Below are positions 25,150 to 38,469 of a stretch of 64,000 bases of DNA, in pieces. Source of the stretch: Phoronis australis (taxonomy: Eukaryota; Animalia; Phoronida). Both the position numbers and the translations under genes were made by a program. The number at the start of each line of letters is the position of its first letter. The first letter of the stretch is position 1. Under the pieces are notes generated by a model, which saw only the letters and a program-made list of their open reading frames with translations, had not been told where the DNA came from and ran no database searches. Location of the stretch: NCBI GenBank assembly GCA_002633005.1, contig NMRA01000155.1, positions 427,844 to 491,843 of the forward strand, given 5' to 3'.

Positions 25150-25490
25150 GACAAAGTTTTATTTTTTGGATTGTTTTATTTTGACTAAATGGGAGGATGT
25201 TTTGGGAAATACATTGTAATAAATGGCTAACTTAGATTGAAATTGTTGTCATGAAGCTGCTTGAAGAAAGTTTTATTTTCGATTGGTTTATTGTGATTAA
25301 ATGGGAGGATGTTTTGGGGAATGTATAGTGATAATAAATAGCTAACTCAGCTTGAAATCTTTGTCATAAGCATGGATAACGTTTTATTTTCGATTTTTGT
25401 ATTACAACTGAATGGAGGGTGTTTTGGGGAGTACGTAATGGTAATACATGTCATTGGCTAACTTAACTTGAACTTTTTGTCACGAAGCTT
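25150..25490. repeat. Three diverged tandem copies of an approximately 114-bp unit downstream of the metalloproteinase stop codon
   Basis: Unit resembles GTTTTATTTT..AAATGGGAGGATGTTTTGGG..GCTAACT..TTGAAA..TTGTCATGAAGC; copies start near 25153, 25268 and 25379. Confidence 0.8.
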
Positions 25491-28125
25491 TCAATCAATA
25501 TTCTGTTTCTGAATGGAGTAGGCACTGAGCGACCAGGTTCCATATTCAAAATTAATCTCACACTTTTGCTGAAGAGGAGCTTTCAAAAGGTATTGCCATT
25601 AATGCTCTAAGTCAGACAGATAAAGTACGTAATATCGTGCCTCATTCTGTTCGAGTAGCCAGCTGTTACAACCGGAAGGGGCAAAACTGGTGAATGATGG
25701 ACCTTAATTACTTTCTGGTAAAACAGTAACAGATATAGACAGAATGAATGTTCATAGCTGGCACCATTACATAGTGTGGGGAATAGAGAAGTTACCCATC
25801 GGCGACGTATTTATGTTTGCATACCTAGCTTTGAACAGTGGATATGAATTACCAGCTATTCACCAACGCTTCCTCGCAAGTAACAGCCACCAGGTGGTGT
25901 TTAACAAACCACAACGGACCACCCACAGGAGACATTGCGACATAGAGATTCACACCAGTATCTCGACAAAGGCCCAAGGACGGGCTCGAAAGCTTTTTTC
26001 GCAAATACAAATAGGTAACCAATAGGTAACAGCTCTATTCCCTACTGTAACAGATAAACTTGTTGATATGCATACAGATCTACCCAATAACATCCTTTGA
26101 GTGTGTATCCTTCTCCCAGGAGGACTCCCTTGTGAAATTTTTGATGGTTAGGCGTAATAACCCAAAAACTGATGCAAGCATGGGTGAAAATATGGACTGT
26201 GTTGTCATAGCAGCATCAGTTATTAACTTCCTTTGTTCTCTCAAAGTCATGGTCAACACGTTTGCCAAACAGAGCTGGGCTACTCACTCACATACCTTGC
26301 TTGATTTTTTTTTCGTATTCTGTCAATTGATTTTTGGGTGAATTCAACAGTTGCAATACCCTTTGGTGGCCATTTTGGACTTGACAAGGAGGGACTTCTT
26401 CGGAACTTTTGGTAGGAAATCGGCAGATTTCAGTGAGACTTCATACTGCGGTATGTGATGGCGTTACACCAGCACCAGTCAATTTTTAGGTGGATTCAAC
26501 CTCTGGAGCACTATTGTTGGCCATTTTTTCTGTGTGCTCGATACCTCTATTGATCACATTTTGTGCATGCCATTTTTCAATTTTCCCCAACCCCTGGCGC
26601 ATTTCAGTATTCTTTGGGGAAGTTTGTTTCACGATGACATATAAAGACTGATGGAAGTATGTCAATGAACTTGACACAGGGTTATATAACAACAATGCGC
26701 CAGCACAGTACACCCTTGAGGGCATTTTGGTCTCGACAAGGTACTTTTTTCTATACTTATGGGCAGAGTGCTTTCAGTTGATATCTACACACCTAATTGA
26801 CAGGTTTATTAAATTTTGACATATAGGTATGTGGTAGGAAACACTGAACTTATGATGTAAAGTAGTGGCAGCATGGCTGTTAGGTTCCTATGGATGTGCT
26901 GCATTGTGGGTAACAGAATGCTTTGGTACATCATGATGTGGCTATTCACTTGTCCAGTTACACTCCCACCTCACAATTGCTGAATTTTAGATTAAAAGAT
27001 TTAGCCATGCAGTTATTAGCACATCACGGCCTAGAGATAATTTCACAATCTCAGTAACCAGCAGTTTTTACTCTCAAAACTGTTCTTTTGGCGAATTGAG
27101 ATAATTATCTTTCAGAAACGGTAGTGTAATTCCTGGCTTCAGTCTTGAGTCACTTTTCATGAAACAAGCCCCAAGTTTCACAAACAATGCACATCAAGTG
27201 ACCTGCATTTTAATTTAAAAATGACCATATAAAGCACATATTATATTTTTCATCAAAATTGTCATGGGAGACGCATATTAGTGTTGCCATAGTCCAGTTG
27301 CCCGGATAATGATAATAATTTATTCACCGTTCCGTGTCATATGTTGTCATTGTTGAACAATGCTTTTGACATCTGACCCATATAAGAGGGAATAAAATGT
27401 TCAAGTTAGTGTAACTCAGCTCCAGTTTTAACATGATCTTGCATCGAGCAAATTTGACTACAAGTGAAAGAATAACGTGTAGTTTTACCTGTCTGATCAC
27501 AAGCAGTCTACACTTTTAAAAAAGACAGCACCATACAGTTCTCCACAGATGAGTGAAACCCCTCAATCTCCACATCTCCTTCAAGTAGACCACTGGTTGT
27601 ATTAAGGTATAAAGTCTATAACATACCTAGACGGGTCCCCATCTGTGTTCCTGCCTCTCGGCATGGTTTCCAGACAGGTGACCTCTTAACCCTTTGTGAG
27701 CTTATGTTTGACCATAAACTCATTTAATACTGTAATGGCGTTCAATCTTCAGTTTCATTAACAGAACAAAGGACTATTAAAAAGTTGATTTAAAGACTTC
27801 AATTGCCTCTACAGGTGTCCATCTACACTCAAAAGTTACATATAGTACTGTAACTTTGATAGTTTAGCTAGGGTTAAGCTTAACTTGACGAAAATCTTCT
27901 GGCGTACACACATGATTAGGTTGTGCCATCGTCTGCAGCACACCAAGGGGTGACCATGTTCATCTTCACAAGCCAGTCAAAAGCTGTGGGAAAAATCTTG
28001 GGCATGACTGAGAATATCCTGGCCTCCACGGGGAAACGTTTTATTGTCCAGATGTCTCCAGTTACAATTCAAAGGTCCCAAACTCGAAATCTTGTAAAGA
28101 CTGGAATAACCCGTCATTCTAAATG

Positions 28126-31100
28126 TCAACTTCTTTGAAATTCATACTGAGCTGCATTTCTCTGAGTGGTGTATCTGCCAACGTCTGACTCCAGGTAGTG
28201 CATGAATTCAAAGACGACCTGCAAGAGAACACTTGCACCAATAAGGCAATACGGGGATACAGTATTCCATTCTTTGTCTAAGTAACATCTTCAACCTAAA
28301 ACCAAAGTTATTTTCATCTCCTTGGCTGAGAAATAAATGAGTAAGGTAATTCATAACTTCACACACAATATGGCGGACAAGAAAATTTTCATTTCATTGT
28401 CAAAATTCTCAATTTTTTAGAAATTTAGCTAATAAAAGCTTATTGTGCTGTGTGCGTCGTTCAGATGTAATGTATACCCGAATGACCAGTTAGTAGCTAC
28501 CCATGAGCTTGTCGTGTAGTGTATGGATTAATAGTGTAATACATAGTTACCCAAATAAACAGTTAGTAGCTAGCTATGTGCTTGTTGTGCTGTGTATGGC
28601 TTTATGGTGTAATATGTGCCCAAATGATCAGTTCCTATCTAGCTAAGTATGTCCTTGTGCTATGTATGGCTTCATGGTCTAATACATGACCAAATGACCA
28701 GTTAGTAGCTAGCTATTTGCTTATAATGCTGTGTGTGGGTTTATGGTGTATTACTGCTCAAATAACCAGTTAGTAGCTAGCTATGTGCTTGTCATGCTGT
28801 GCATGGGTTTTTGGTGTATTACATGCCCTAATGATCTGTTATCTGTTAGTAGCTAGCTATGTGCTTGTCATGCTTTGTGTGGCTTTAGGATGTAATACAT
28901 GCCCAAATGACCAGTTACTGGCTAGCTATATGCTCATCGTGGCATGACTCACCTCAACCAGAATCAGTATTATAATCATCCACTCCAGCCGGACATGATG
29001 AGCATCATTCAGTGTAGTCGTCAACAGTTCAGTCAGTTCACAGCAATGGGACAACTTCTCGTTCATCACCTGAACAAAGGAACAAAGCTGTGATTGAAAC
29101 GTTCAGTACACAAAGTGTACATTACAAATAGTTCAGGGAGGAAGGGAGGGGCTCATGTTTGAATTTTATGTTCAGTTTACACTGCAAAAAGTCCAGTAAT
29201 GACCAAGACTACCACTAAAAACACAACTGAACGTTTTATTTATTATTGCTTTTTCACATGAAACCACGTGACAATTTGTTTGAATATAATTTCACTTAAG
29301 GAACTGTCCACACTTAAAGCCGTTTTCACGAGCATACAAACCAGATGCTTTTTGGGGGAGGGGGTTTCTGCTAGCATAAGCTTTTGATGTGATCATAAAA
29401 TGGCAGTGAAAAAGAGCAGATTAAAATCAATGTCGCCAAGATACAACCAGGCAAAAACAAAATACACAAAGAATTGTTTGAAAATATTGTTTATTTTTTC
29501 ATAACTGTACAAACCAACACTAATTTTAAACTTTGAAGCGCACTTGAAGTTTAACGAATGTACAAAAACATATTAATAAACCTTATAAAAATATTGCCAC
29601 TATTGCATGCTTCCGGGGAGAGGGAGGAGGGTTGGGAAAAGCCAGTGGTTTGTAAGCTTGTGAACATGGCGATGCTGCTGCGCACTAAAGGTGAAAAGGC
29701 AAAAAGTCACAAGGTACACATATCATTAAAGCTCCTATAAACTGGTGTTGTGTAACTTTTCTAGGCCTCTGTGCCCAGTTACGTGAAGCGTTCCCAAATA
29801 GGCACTCAACTAAGATCCCTAAATTTTTTGAGTACTTGCATCTTTCTTTGCTCACAGATGTAACATTTTTCTGTTGTTTCATCTTTATTATTAGCTCCTG
29901 CCTGATTAATAGCATTTTTTAATAATATATCTAAAAACTGACCCACCGAGTCCAACGAAAATAAACAGGGACTTGGTCCTTAAATTTGGAGCATTGCATG
30001 AAACAATCCCTATAATTTTTTGATAATATTGAGAACTCAACATAGAGTTCACTCTCGAATTTTATTAAAGGCAAAATTTGACTTAGCAATGAAACTAAAA
30101 CATTATAAGAAAGGACAATTGGTGTTCTTGCAAGTCCATACATATGCAGTACATCTACGGAACTTAGTTGAGCCCCTACTTGGGACTGTTTCATGCAACT
30201 GGGCACTTATCTCTAACTGGTCTCAGTTTGTTCCTTTCTCAGACCAGAAGTGGGTTCTGGGTGTGGAAAGAACTAGCACCATATTACTGATTGAGACAAT
30301 ATCCAATAGGTATAAGATGACATGTCATGGCAAGACATATTGAGACAATATTCAATAGGTATAAGATGACCTGTCATGGCAAGACATATTGAGACAATAT
30401 TCAATAGGTATAAGATGACCTGTCCTGGCAAGACATATTGCGACAATATTCAATAGGTATAAGATGACCTGTCATGGCAAGACATATTGAGACAATATTC
30501 AATAGGTATAAGATGACCTGTCCTGGCAAGACATATTGAGACAATATTCAATAGGTATAAGATGACCTGTCATGGCAAGACATATTGAGACAATATTCAA
30601 TAGGTATAAGATGACCTGTCATGGCAAGACATATTGAGACAATATTCAATAGGTATAAGATGACCTGTCGTGGCAAGCCGTATTGTTTAGCAATAACGAA
30701 TGGTCAGTTTCTTGATGTATCGATTCATATCACATTCGAGTAAGGAGCAATTTTAGACCAACTTCATAACTAAGTTTTCGAAATCAACAATTAGTTTTCT
30801 GATGGAAAGCATGCTTATGGAAGCCAAAATACTATCTAGCCTATAAAATATCAACATTTTTGTATATTACCAGAGGGGTCAGAAAAAATTACGCCTGGTA
30901 TACTGAGAAAATTGCAGAGAATGCTCCCTCACCTTGGTCCTTTTGCTGATATTGAAGTGAGCATACGTCTTAAGATAGATAGCCTCCAGGTGCTCTCGAT
31001 CCCAATAGAAATCAGGAGTATCCAGTAAATCAGAACTCAGGTTTATAAGATGCCTGACGTAAAAAGAGTAAAACTGTCAAAATTTGGCAGAATATCAGAT

Positions 31101-34100
31101 TTCAGACATGGCTGATCGTATCAATGACTTTTTCAGACATTACTGAATATGGTTAATAATTTCAGCTGTTAACATCTTTTAAGTTTGCATTAAGTTAAAA
31201 AAAAATTAGGACTTTCTATTTATTGAGCTTCACTGGCCTACGCAACAGACCTGAGTGTGAAGAGTTCGCCCGTTTTCCGCGAGACCTCCCGGCGTGTTAT
31301 TCTGACCATGCGACCAACCCTTAAGTCTTCCGTCACCCACTCGATGTCCTCGACATACTTATTAAGAAAGGCTTCCCAGATGCTAAGTTTAACTGAAATA
31401 GGGAAAACACAAGACAAAAATGTAAGATGAGCGTGCACATCTGTCTTGGACACATGCAGATTAGGACTTTTGGGTAACGATTATTGTATTCTACAGGTGT
31501 ATGTAGCACTGTATGTTGTTTCCACGTAATATGTTAACTATAGCTTCACACATCAATGGTAATATTAGAAAGCATTGACAGCCTACCAGAGTGCACTTTA
31601 TGGAGTTGACGAAACATGAAATGACTGACACAGGGAAGTAAAGAGGGTGGAGTTAACTGAATATTAAATGCTGAACATCTATTACTGGTGGTGGCATGAT
31701 GACGGCCTCAAAAAAAAAACGTAATTCATACATGATGCAATTCCTCCCACAAATACAACCAGACACTTGCCATCAATAAAAGTCTAACATCAAACATCAT
31801 GATTTTGTGTAATTTAAATTACATGGAATAGAAAATAATGAAACCCAAATGCATGAAGTATTAACACTTATCGAGGAATTTGGGTAACGAAACTCAAAAA
31901 TAAGAGACAAGGAAAGCCAAGCATGGGTATTTGAAAAGCCATGAATGTGCGATTTTCCTGTATATTACAAATTTGTGTATTGTCCTAGGAGTTGCACTAA
32001 TGTCAGTCATTTTACATGGAAGAGTTAACTGGAAAAAGAATTAGTTCAATGTAAACAAAGCATTGTTTGAAAATGAATTCCATAAGATCTGGAGACTGAA
32101 ACTCTATGTGATGGCATTCAGAGACCAGTGCACTTTTATAATTTGGGATCTACATACAACAAAGCACGATTGTTAAAAACATGAAAATTTTTAACCTTAA
32201 GCGAAGGGTGTTTTGCCAAATGTGGGCGTTAATGCAGAAAACCTATCAACGATAACAAGATTAAAAGAACGAATGTCAATTAAAGGTCTTGAAGAAATCA
32301 AGGTAACGTATATTGATGCTGGAATAACTGTTAAATCCAAACGATTCTCAGGATGTGAACAGTTCATATACCTGACAGAGCCAGAGCATTAGAGAATGCG
32401 AATCGTTCATGCGTCGATTTCTCCAAATCTTCAGCACTGGGCTCTGAGGGCAAACTTTTTAGCACGATGTCACCCTTCTCAAGCCGTGTTCTGTCACTGC
32501 AACAGAGGACAGCAGACTCAAAGCAAAATAAAAAAACTTGCCACAATATAAAGTCTCAGCAATCAAATTCTATGAAAATTTGTTATATTCGAGCTAAAAA
32601 AGTGTGCTTTATTGGTGAAATTATACAGTCCTTAAAAATGTGCGTCACAACATCATCGCGCTAGTTACGGGAACACAAATGACTCAGCTACTTTTAACCA
32701 CTTCTGCACCACCAGACAGAATTTTTATACTGATGATGTCACTATCCTAGATTGTGAGGAAGACTGGTTCAGAAGGGTTTTCACAGAAGCTCTGCACATG
32801 TCCTCTCTGAACAAACATGGTGCAATAAGGTTCCAAATGTCACACATATGGAATAGTGTCCTGACCTTGATGCCACGTCATCTGGTTAAAAATCACCTAT
32901 TGGCCAGAACGATAGTAACACCATTAGCCAAACTGAAGTTTGCGAAAGACAGACACAATGTTGCTAAATCAAGTAAGCAAATTTCAGTATTCAACTTGAG
33001 TTTTTGTGTATTTCGTTAGTTGATAGCTTTCTTGCATACCACTTACTTGCTATATCTGTAGGTCATTTCCTCAAACTCCATGTTGACTAGATTTATATCA
33101 TAAGAGTTCACTTCGTGTTGACGTAAAAACCTTAACACAGCGCCAGCTTCTGATTCCGTGAAGTTCCAAAACACAGCAGCACCCTCCCTGTATCAAATAA
33201 AAACTTTTTGAAAGCATCTGCAGACACAGTATTTTAGTTCTTCAAAAAAAAATAATTGTTTGTTTAGAACTCTTACAAGACTTCTTTGATCCACAGTGCT
33301 TCACAATATTATCAAAATTCTTGATGATTTTTTCACATATACCATAAACAACATTGAAATCCAGGCAGACCAAAACTAACCTGAAAAGATATATTTCTCT
33401 TTGTTCCTCTCCAAGCGAATATTTTGCCACAGCTCTGATGGCGTCATCCTCATCTGAAATATAGCATAGCCATTAAAGGAGCATGGAATGCCAGAATGCA
33501 TCAAAAATATCTTTACGGTTATATAGGGCACCATAAAAATGGTGGGATAGGGCTATTTGCAGAACGTCATATCTCAGAAATGGCTGATCATATTCAAATC
33601 ATATTCAAATGAAACTTTAAGATGCTATGCTTTATACACTGTTCTTCAAATCTCCAAAACACTGTCACAAATTGGTTTTAAAATGTTCCATTTTTGCATA
33701 AGAGTCTATTAAGATAGGACTTTTACGATTTTTATGAAAAAATCAAAAGCCGCATAAAAACGAAAACAAAATGATGACCTAGATAACTGTAACAGATACT
33801 GTTGAGATTTTTCTCTGAAATTTGGTCACGTAATTGATATAGTTGTTTGGCACAGTCCACATTCCACAGGAATATGGTACAAGCATAAGCCATTAGCACG
33901 ACTGAAAAAATTTCAGTATGTCGAGTCATTGGCAAAGGCCGAGAATACATTTCCAGAAAGCAAAATTGTGAATCTGTACCTCAGGCAAGAGTATAGGAAA
34001 ATATCATGTAGACTCTGGACAGAGTTGATCAACATATCAGACATAATGAGGCTTAACTGCTTTAAGCAACGTTTTCACAATGAGCATTCATTTTCAGGAT

Positions 34101-36216
34101 TTGCCAAGAAAGTGCTTGGTTTGATTTTCTACTCACGTGAAAACTTACTTGATATGGACACCTAATGTTATGTTTAGTCTATACAACACCAGTCCACTTC
34201 CTATGCTGGATTATAGCACATTTATGTGTTAGCGTTACAGAGGCCTACCATCAGCAAGAGGGCTGACTTCATAGAGCCCCTGTTGATTGAAATTTTCGGT
34301 AATGTCTTCCAGAGGGTATTCCTCAGAGGTGGCATATGCAAACACTTGAAACTCTGGCTGTAACAGAAATTATTAGCCATGACTGCACAACATGCTTTCA
34401 CGGAAACTCATTGCAAAGGCCACGCTCATTTCCATTAAGTAGTTTCCTGAAGTTGCCTCCAATCTTCACTGTGTCAGAAGAGAAAAAACACAAATTTCAA
34501 TGGAAAATATTTGCACAACTCCTAAAACAGACATCTTTCGGTCCTGTCCAGAGGACGCCCTTAAACCCACCAGTTCTGCCCCTGAACAAGGCATTTCATT
34601 TCCATTATTACAACTGACACTTTAATCCCTTAAATACTGCAGCTTGTCATCAACTGGCCACGAAACTTAATAAATGCTAAGGGAGTAGCAAGCCAGGTAA
34701 TTGTGCAGTACAGAGAATGTTAACTGCCACTCGCTTCAAGCACTCCCGCACGTTAGTAGGTGTTCATGCACTTCCAAACCATTTGGGTTTTCAGTTATAG
34801 ACAACATCTGTTTAGAACAAACAACAGCAAGAGTACTTCTTCATTAATACAGGTCTATCCTGCACATTAGCTAAAACTGCCATTTTCATTTTTTAAAATT
34901 AGTTGATCAATTAGAATGTTAAGCTGCTTGAACAACAAACATTGTTCATAATTATCTAGAATCTATCTGGATTATTCAACATATATTTAGTACTTGTCTG
35001 AGAAGTAGGTGCTAAACAGGAGCATTAAAAGTTCTCAAGACAGACAAGCATCCTCATCAGAAAAACTTGAAAAATGTTCATAAAAATAAATCGGAAGTAT
35101 TAAACACTACACTACCCTCTGAGGATTCTACCTCTCATACACTCGGAAAGACACACTCTCTTACATAGGCACCAAAGATGATCAGTTTTCAATATGAAAA
35201 CGAAAAGCATCTAATCACATGGCATAAATCTGAATCTTCCATAGGATTATCCAGGGTCCAGGGCCCATTCCAAGAAAACTGACTTAGCTAAGACAAGTCT
35301 TCAGTTTCAGTCAGTTTTTAGGATAAAACTTCAATTTGTTTCAAATCCATTTCAAGAAAAAGGTCATTAAGTTTGGCTTAAGTTGTTGACTTACATTTTG
35401 TATCAATTTTGACTAACTTAGCGGATGTGGAAGTTTCAAAGTTTGAAGAGACTTAAGTCAAAAATGAACTTAACTCAGTATCTTGGAATGGGTCCCAGGA
35501 CTATAAGTGTATTATATATTAATGCATTTTGGTTCTTTTTGTTTTCGCAATGAATATCAGGTAGTGGTTACACTGTGTGCATAAACAAGGGCTTGTGTTT
35601 TTCCAAGCATAGGACAGGACTCTGAAAAAGTTTGAATCTGCAACCAGTGCAGTGTTTAATACCACACGCTTAAATGCGAATTTGCTGCAAAGAAGCCAGA
35701 GAACAGTACCTGAGTAGACTGAGAGGTTTTCAATTTCCTCTTACGGACAGCTCTTTTCATAGACAAAGTAGAAATAGCCTTCTGAATTCCTTCAACAGGG
35801 AGTTTTACGTCTGAAGCTTGAAGACCAGAAGTATGAAAGCCTGCTTGAAGAATTCCAGGTTTTAACAGATGCGTGAGTGTTGAATTCAGTTGACAACTTG
35901 AAGCTTGATTAAGAATCTTATCATGTTGCTTCTCTACATAGCACACACTTTGCTGTTTTCTAATTTGTCTCTTCGTGCCAATGAAGACTGTGGAACACAC
36001 ATTCCGATTTTCTCCATATCTTCTCACAAGTCCATTTGCAGTAAACTTGTCACTTGGTAAATGATGAAGAGAGACGCGTTGATATCTGCAGAAAAAGTGA
36101 TGAAATCTGCCATCCACACAAAGGTTCAACTTTGGCAAGGTTTTCAAAACGACATTCAAAAGTCCATTGAATGTTTGAGGAGCATGCAGACAGACCATTA
36201 TTCTGGACCTGAACAT
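28126..36216 (-). CDS. RMND1: Required for meiotic nuclear division protein 1 homolog (mitochondrial, DUF155), 475 aa
   Basis: Minus-strand exons 36216-35710, 34357-34249, 33453-33381, 33187-33047, 32496-32372, 31392-31251, 31053-30933, 29069-28953, 28218-28126 total 1428 nt with consistent phases. The peptides [74 protein letters not shown] and [13 protein letters not shown] match RMND1 as recalled. A non-coding first exon probably lies near 38000. Confidence 0.95.
28420..28945. repeat. Degenerate approximately 70-bp minisatellite (about 7 copies) in the last RMND1 intron
   Basis: CCAAATGACCAGTTAGTAGCTAGCTATGTGCTTGTCATGCTGTG..TTTATGGTGTAATAC recurs near 28478, 28551, 28620, 28689, 28757, 28826 and 28902. 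Confidence 0.9.
30291..30685. repeat. Homogeneous 49-bp minisatellite, 8 copies
   Basis: TTGAGACAATATTCAATAGGTATAAGATGACCTGTCATGGCAAGACATA repeats head-to-tail with period 49 and no spacers. Confidence 0.97.
35261..35495. mobile_element. Harbinger-like MITE
   Basis: TIRs GGGCCCATTCCAAGAAAACTGA and TCAGTATCTTGGAATGGGTCC, with CAG-like flanks and internal ACTTAAG-type repeats. Confidence 0.7.
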
Positions 36217-36849
36217 ATTGGGGTGGTAACCAGTTCAATATTCTCTTTATCTCATGTCTTCATTCCTAGAAATGAAAATGTTTGTAAATAAGAATCATGA
36301 GGACAGTATTCCCTTTTAGGATGCTCACACTGCAGGTGAGGTTCTCCTTAGGACATGATAAGATGAAAAAAACAAAATCATCTTGTAAAATATCTAAACA
36401 CAGAAAATTAGACTTTATTTCCTTTTTATCATAATATTAGTCAATATCACACAGTCATGTATAGTTGCATTTTGTAACGCCAGAGAATGCATCAGCTTCG
36501 GAAAATCAAGTTGGAAAGTGGGAATTTCAACTGTTTTAGTCCCAAATTGAAAAATGTTCAACTTAACTTGGTTTTGGTCATTGACTTCGATGAAGATATT
36601 TTATATCACCTAGTAGATCGATTGTCCTCATTAAGTGACCAATCCTGGTGACTAAAAACCCCTAAAAGCCACATAAACAGAGGGGTCAATATTTGTTCAC
36701 CAAGCCAGTATGCTGTACTATGGGAGCAAGTTTTGCCATATGCAGAATTGGTTTAACACATGACACTTTTCGTTATTGACAGTCTTTACTCCGTTTCGTT
36801 CATAAGTTTGTAATAAAACTCTCCACTCAATGGAAAATTGATGAAGTAA

Positions 36850-37063
36850 CTGACCAAGAGACATGATTAAAAGATATATGATATTTCGAAACATACTTGT
36901 TTCATTCTCAAGTGGAAATAAAATGACGCAGTAATGCCACCACAGAGTATAAGCTGGAGACATACAGAGTGGGTCACGGCAGGTGTGGTGACATTACTGC
37001 GTCATTTTATTTCTACTTGAGAATGAATCAAGTATGTACCTTTTAATCATGTCTCTTGGTCAG
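36850..37063. repeat. Palindromic element with arms of about 80-95 bp
   Basis: CTGACCAAGAGACATGATTAAAAG..ACATACTTG.TTCATTCTCAAGT.GAAATAAAATGACGCAGTAATG.CACCACA is mirrored after a loop of about 40 nt. Confidence 0.9.
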
Positions 37064-37123
37064 ATAAAGAATTTTTGATGTATGGAAATTAGAATCATAG
37101 GAGCACTACAGAGAGTGACTAAT

Positions 37124-37934
37124 GTCTCTAGCTGGCTCAATAGAGACATTGTAGCTCCTATAGGAACTTCATACGCCTGAAGCTTTTCAGCGAATTATGC
37201 CTCACACCAACTAAAACATCTGTCACGTTTTTATCTTTTCTGCATAGAGAGACACCTTAGGAGGCTGTCGATGTCTTTAATTCCTTCCAACTCGAACAAA
37301 TACTCCTCTTATCAAACTTTTTCTCTTGAGCAGTCCCTGGTTCAGTTCCCAAAATTGGTAACTGGCCACTTTTACACTACACATACCAGGGGATATGACG
37401 TCATACCACCTGTCATGTCAATTGTTAAAAATGGCCGGTTTCCGATTTTGGGAACTGAACGAAGGACCGCTCAACGAAAAAGTTTGATAACATAAGTATT
37501 TTGGTCAAGTTGGAAGAAATTAAAGACTGCAGTAAGATAGTATTTGACAAGTCTCACTGCTGGGCTGGCCTTCTGTCGCGCGCGCACCCTTTCGGCATCG
37601 AAAGACAACTGTAATTTTTCGTGTTGGAGACTGCCGACGTTGGCTGTCCCGGCTCTTATGCAGGTGCTGGCCAATAAGGGCGCAATATGAATATTCAGTG
37701 GCTGAAAGTATGGCGATACAATTGCTGGTGCAAAGAGTGGCATATGATCTGTGGACAACTGAACTGAATGGAGCATCTTTATTGTAAGCCAGTAAGACAT
37801 AATTTCTAATTACTATAACACATCAACGGCCTCCTAAGGTGTCCCTCTATGTGCAAAGGTACTTAAAAGGAAGTGACTTTGATTGTTAATCATTGTGAAG
37901 CTGAGGACGCCTGTGTCCTGAGCCAGCTAGAGAC
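37124..37934. mobile_element. About 810-bp non-autonomous element with long imperfect TIRs
   Basis: GTCTCTAGCTGGCTCA (37124) vs TGAGCCAGCTAGAGAC (ends 37934); CATAGAGAGACACCTTAGGAGGCTGTCGATGT vs ACATCAACGGCCTCCTAAGGTGTCCCTCTATG. Confidence 0.75.
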
Positions 37935-38469
37935 GCTGTCGCTGATCACTGGCACTGTCTGTGCAGTGTAGCCCGAGTAAGGCTCTGGTTTCCGACCTCT
38001 TAGTCTTGAACGACCATTTTCCCAGTAGGGTCAGTCAAATCCCACGTCCCCCAGCTACTGTCATAAAATGTTGTTGCTTACTTGACGAGTTAGCTTATCT
38101 TCAAGCGAATGTATTTAGTAGTAATTTCCAGATTTTTCTCAAGCACAGGTGGGGAGACAGGTGGCGGAAATGTGGAAAGTAACTTCGTTTTATACCTTCT
38201 TCGGTAGAGAACGCTTATTCGGTTTACCACATGCTCTTGAATAAACGCCCAACTCAAATTTTAATTAAAATACCCATCTTTCAATATCCACTTAGTGTGT
38301 AATAAAACTAATAAGGCACGTCATTTGATGAAAAACTTCCTACCATTTCCGTGAATAAAAGTGTTTCTTCAAACGCACCTTTCGTCGTTCAGTATTGAGG
38401 TCACGGATTCATGACACTGTGACCGGTCCATGATTAGTACTGCTCCAAATGTAAAAGTCTTCCATCCCA

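Noticed and set aside
25500-26800. Possible hidden gene or LINE remnant between the convergent genes
   Set aside because: Only weak scattered resemblances (KAFE, KYVAD on the minus strand), with no consistent frame, motif order or splice structure.
30291-30685. Regular repeat array as a possible CRISPR
   Set aside because: Units are contiguous with no unique spacers, there are no cas genes, and the context is a eukaryotic intron.
35030-35065. Minus-strand CTGATGAG as a hammerhead ribozyme core (also 57889 on the plus strand)
   Set aside because: No convincing stem II followed by GAAA, and no matching stems I and III.
36320-36335. Plus-strand micro-exon-like TTTTAG|..CAG|GTGAG antisense to RMND1
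   Set aside because: No partner exons or ORF were found; such matches are expected by chance in 64 kb.
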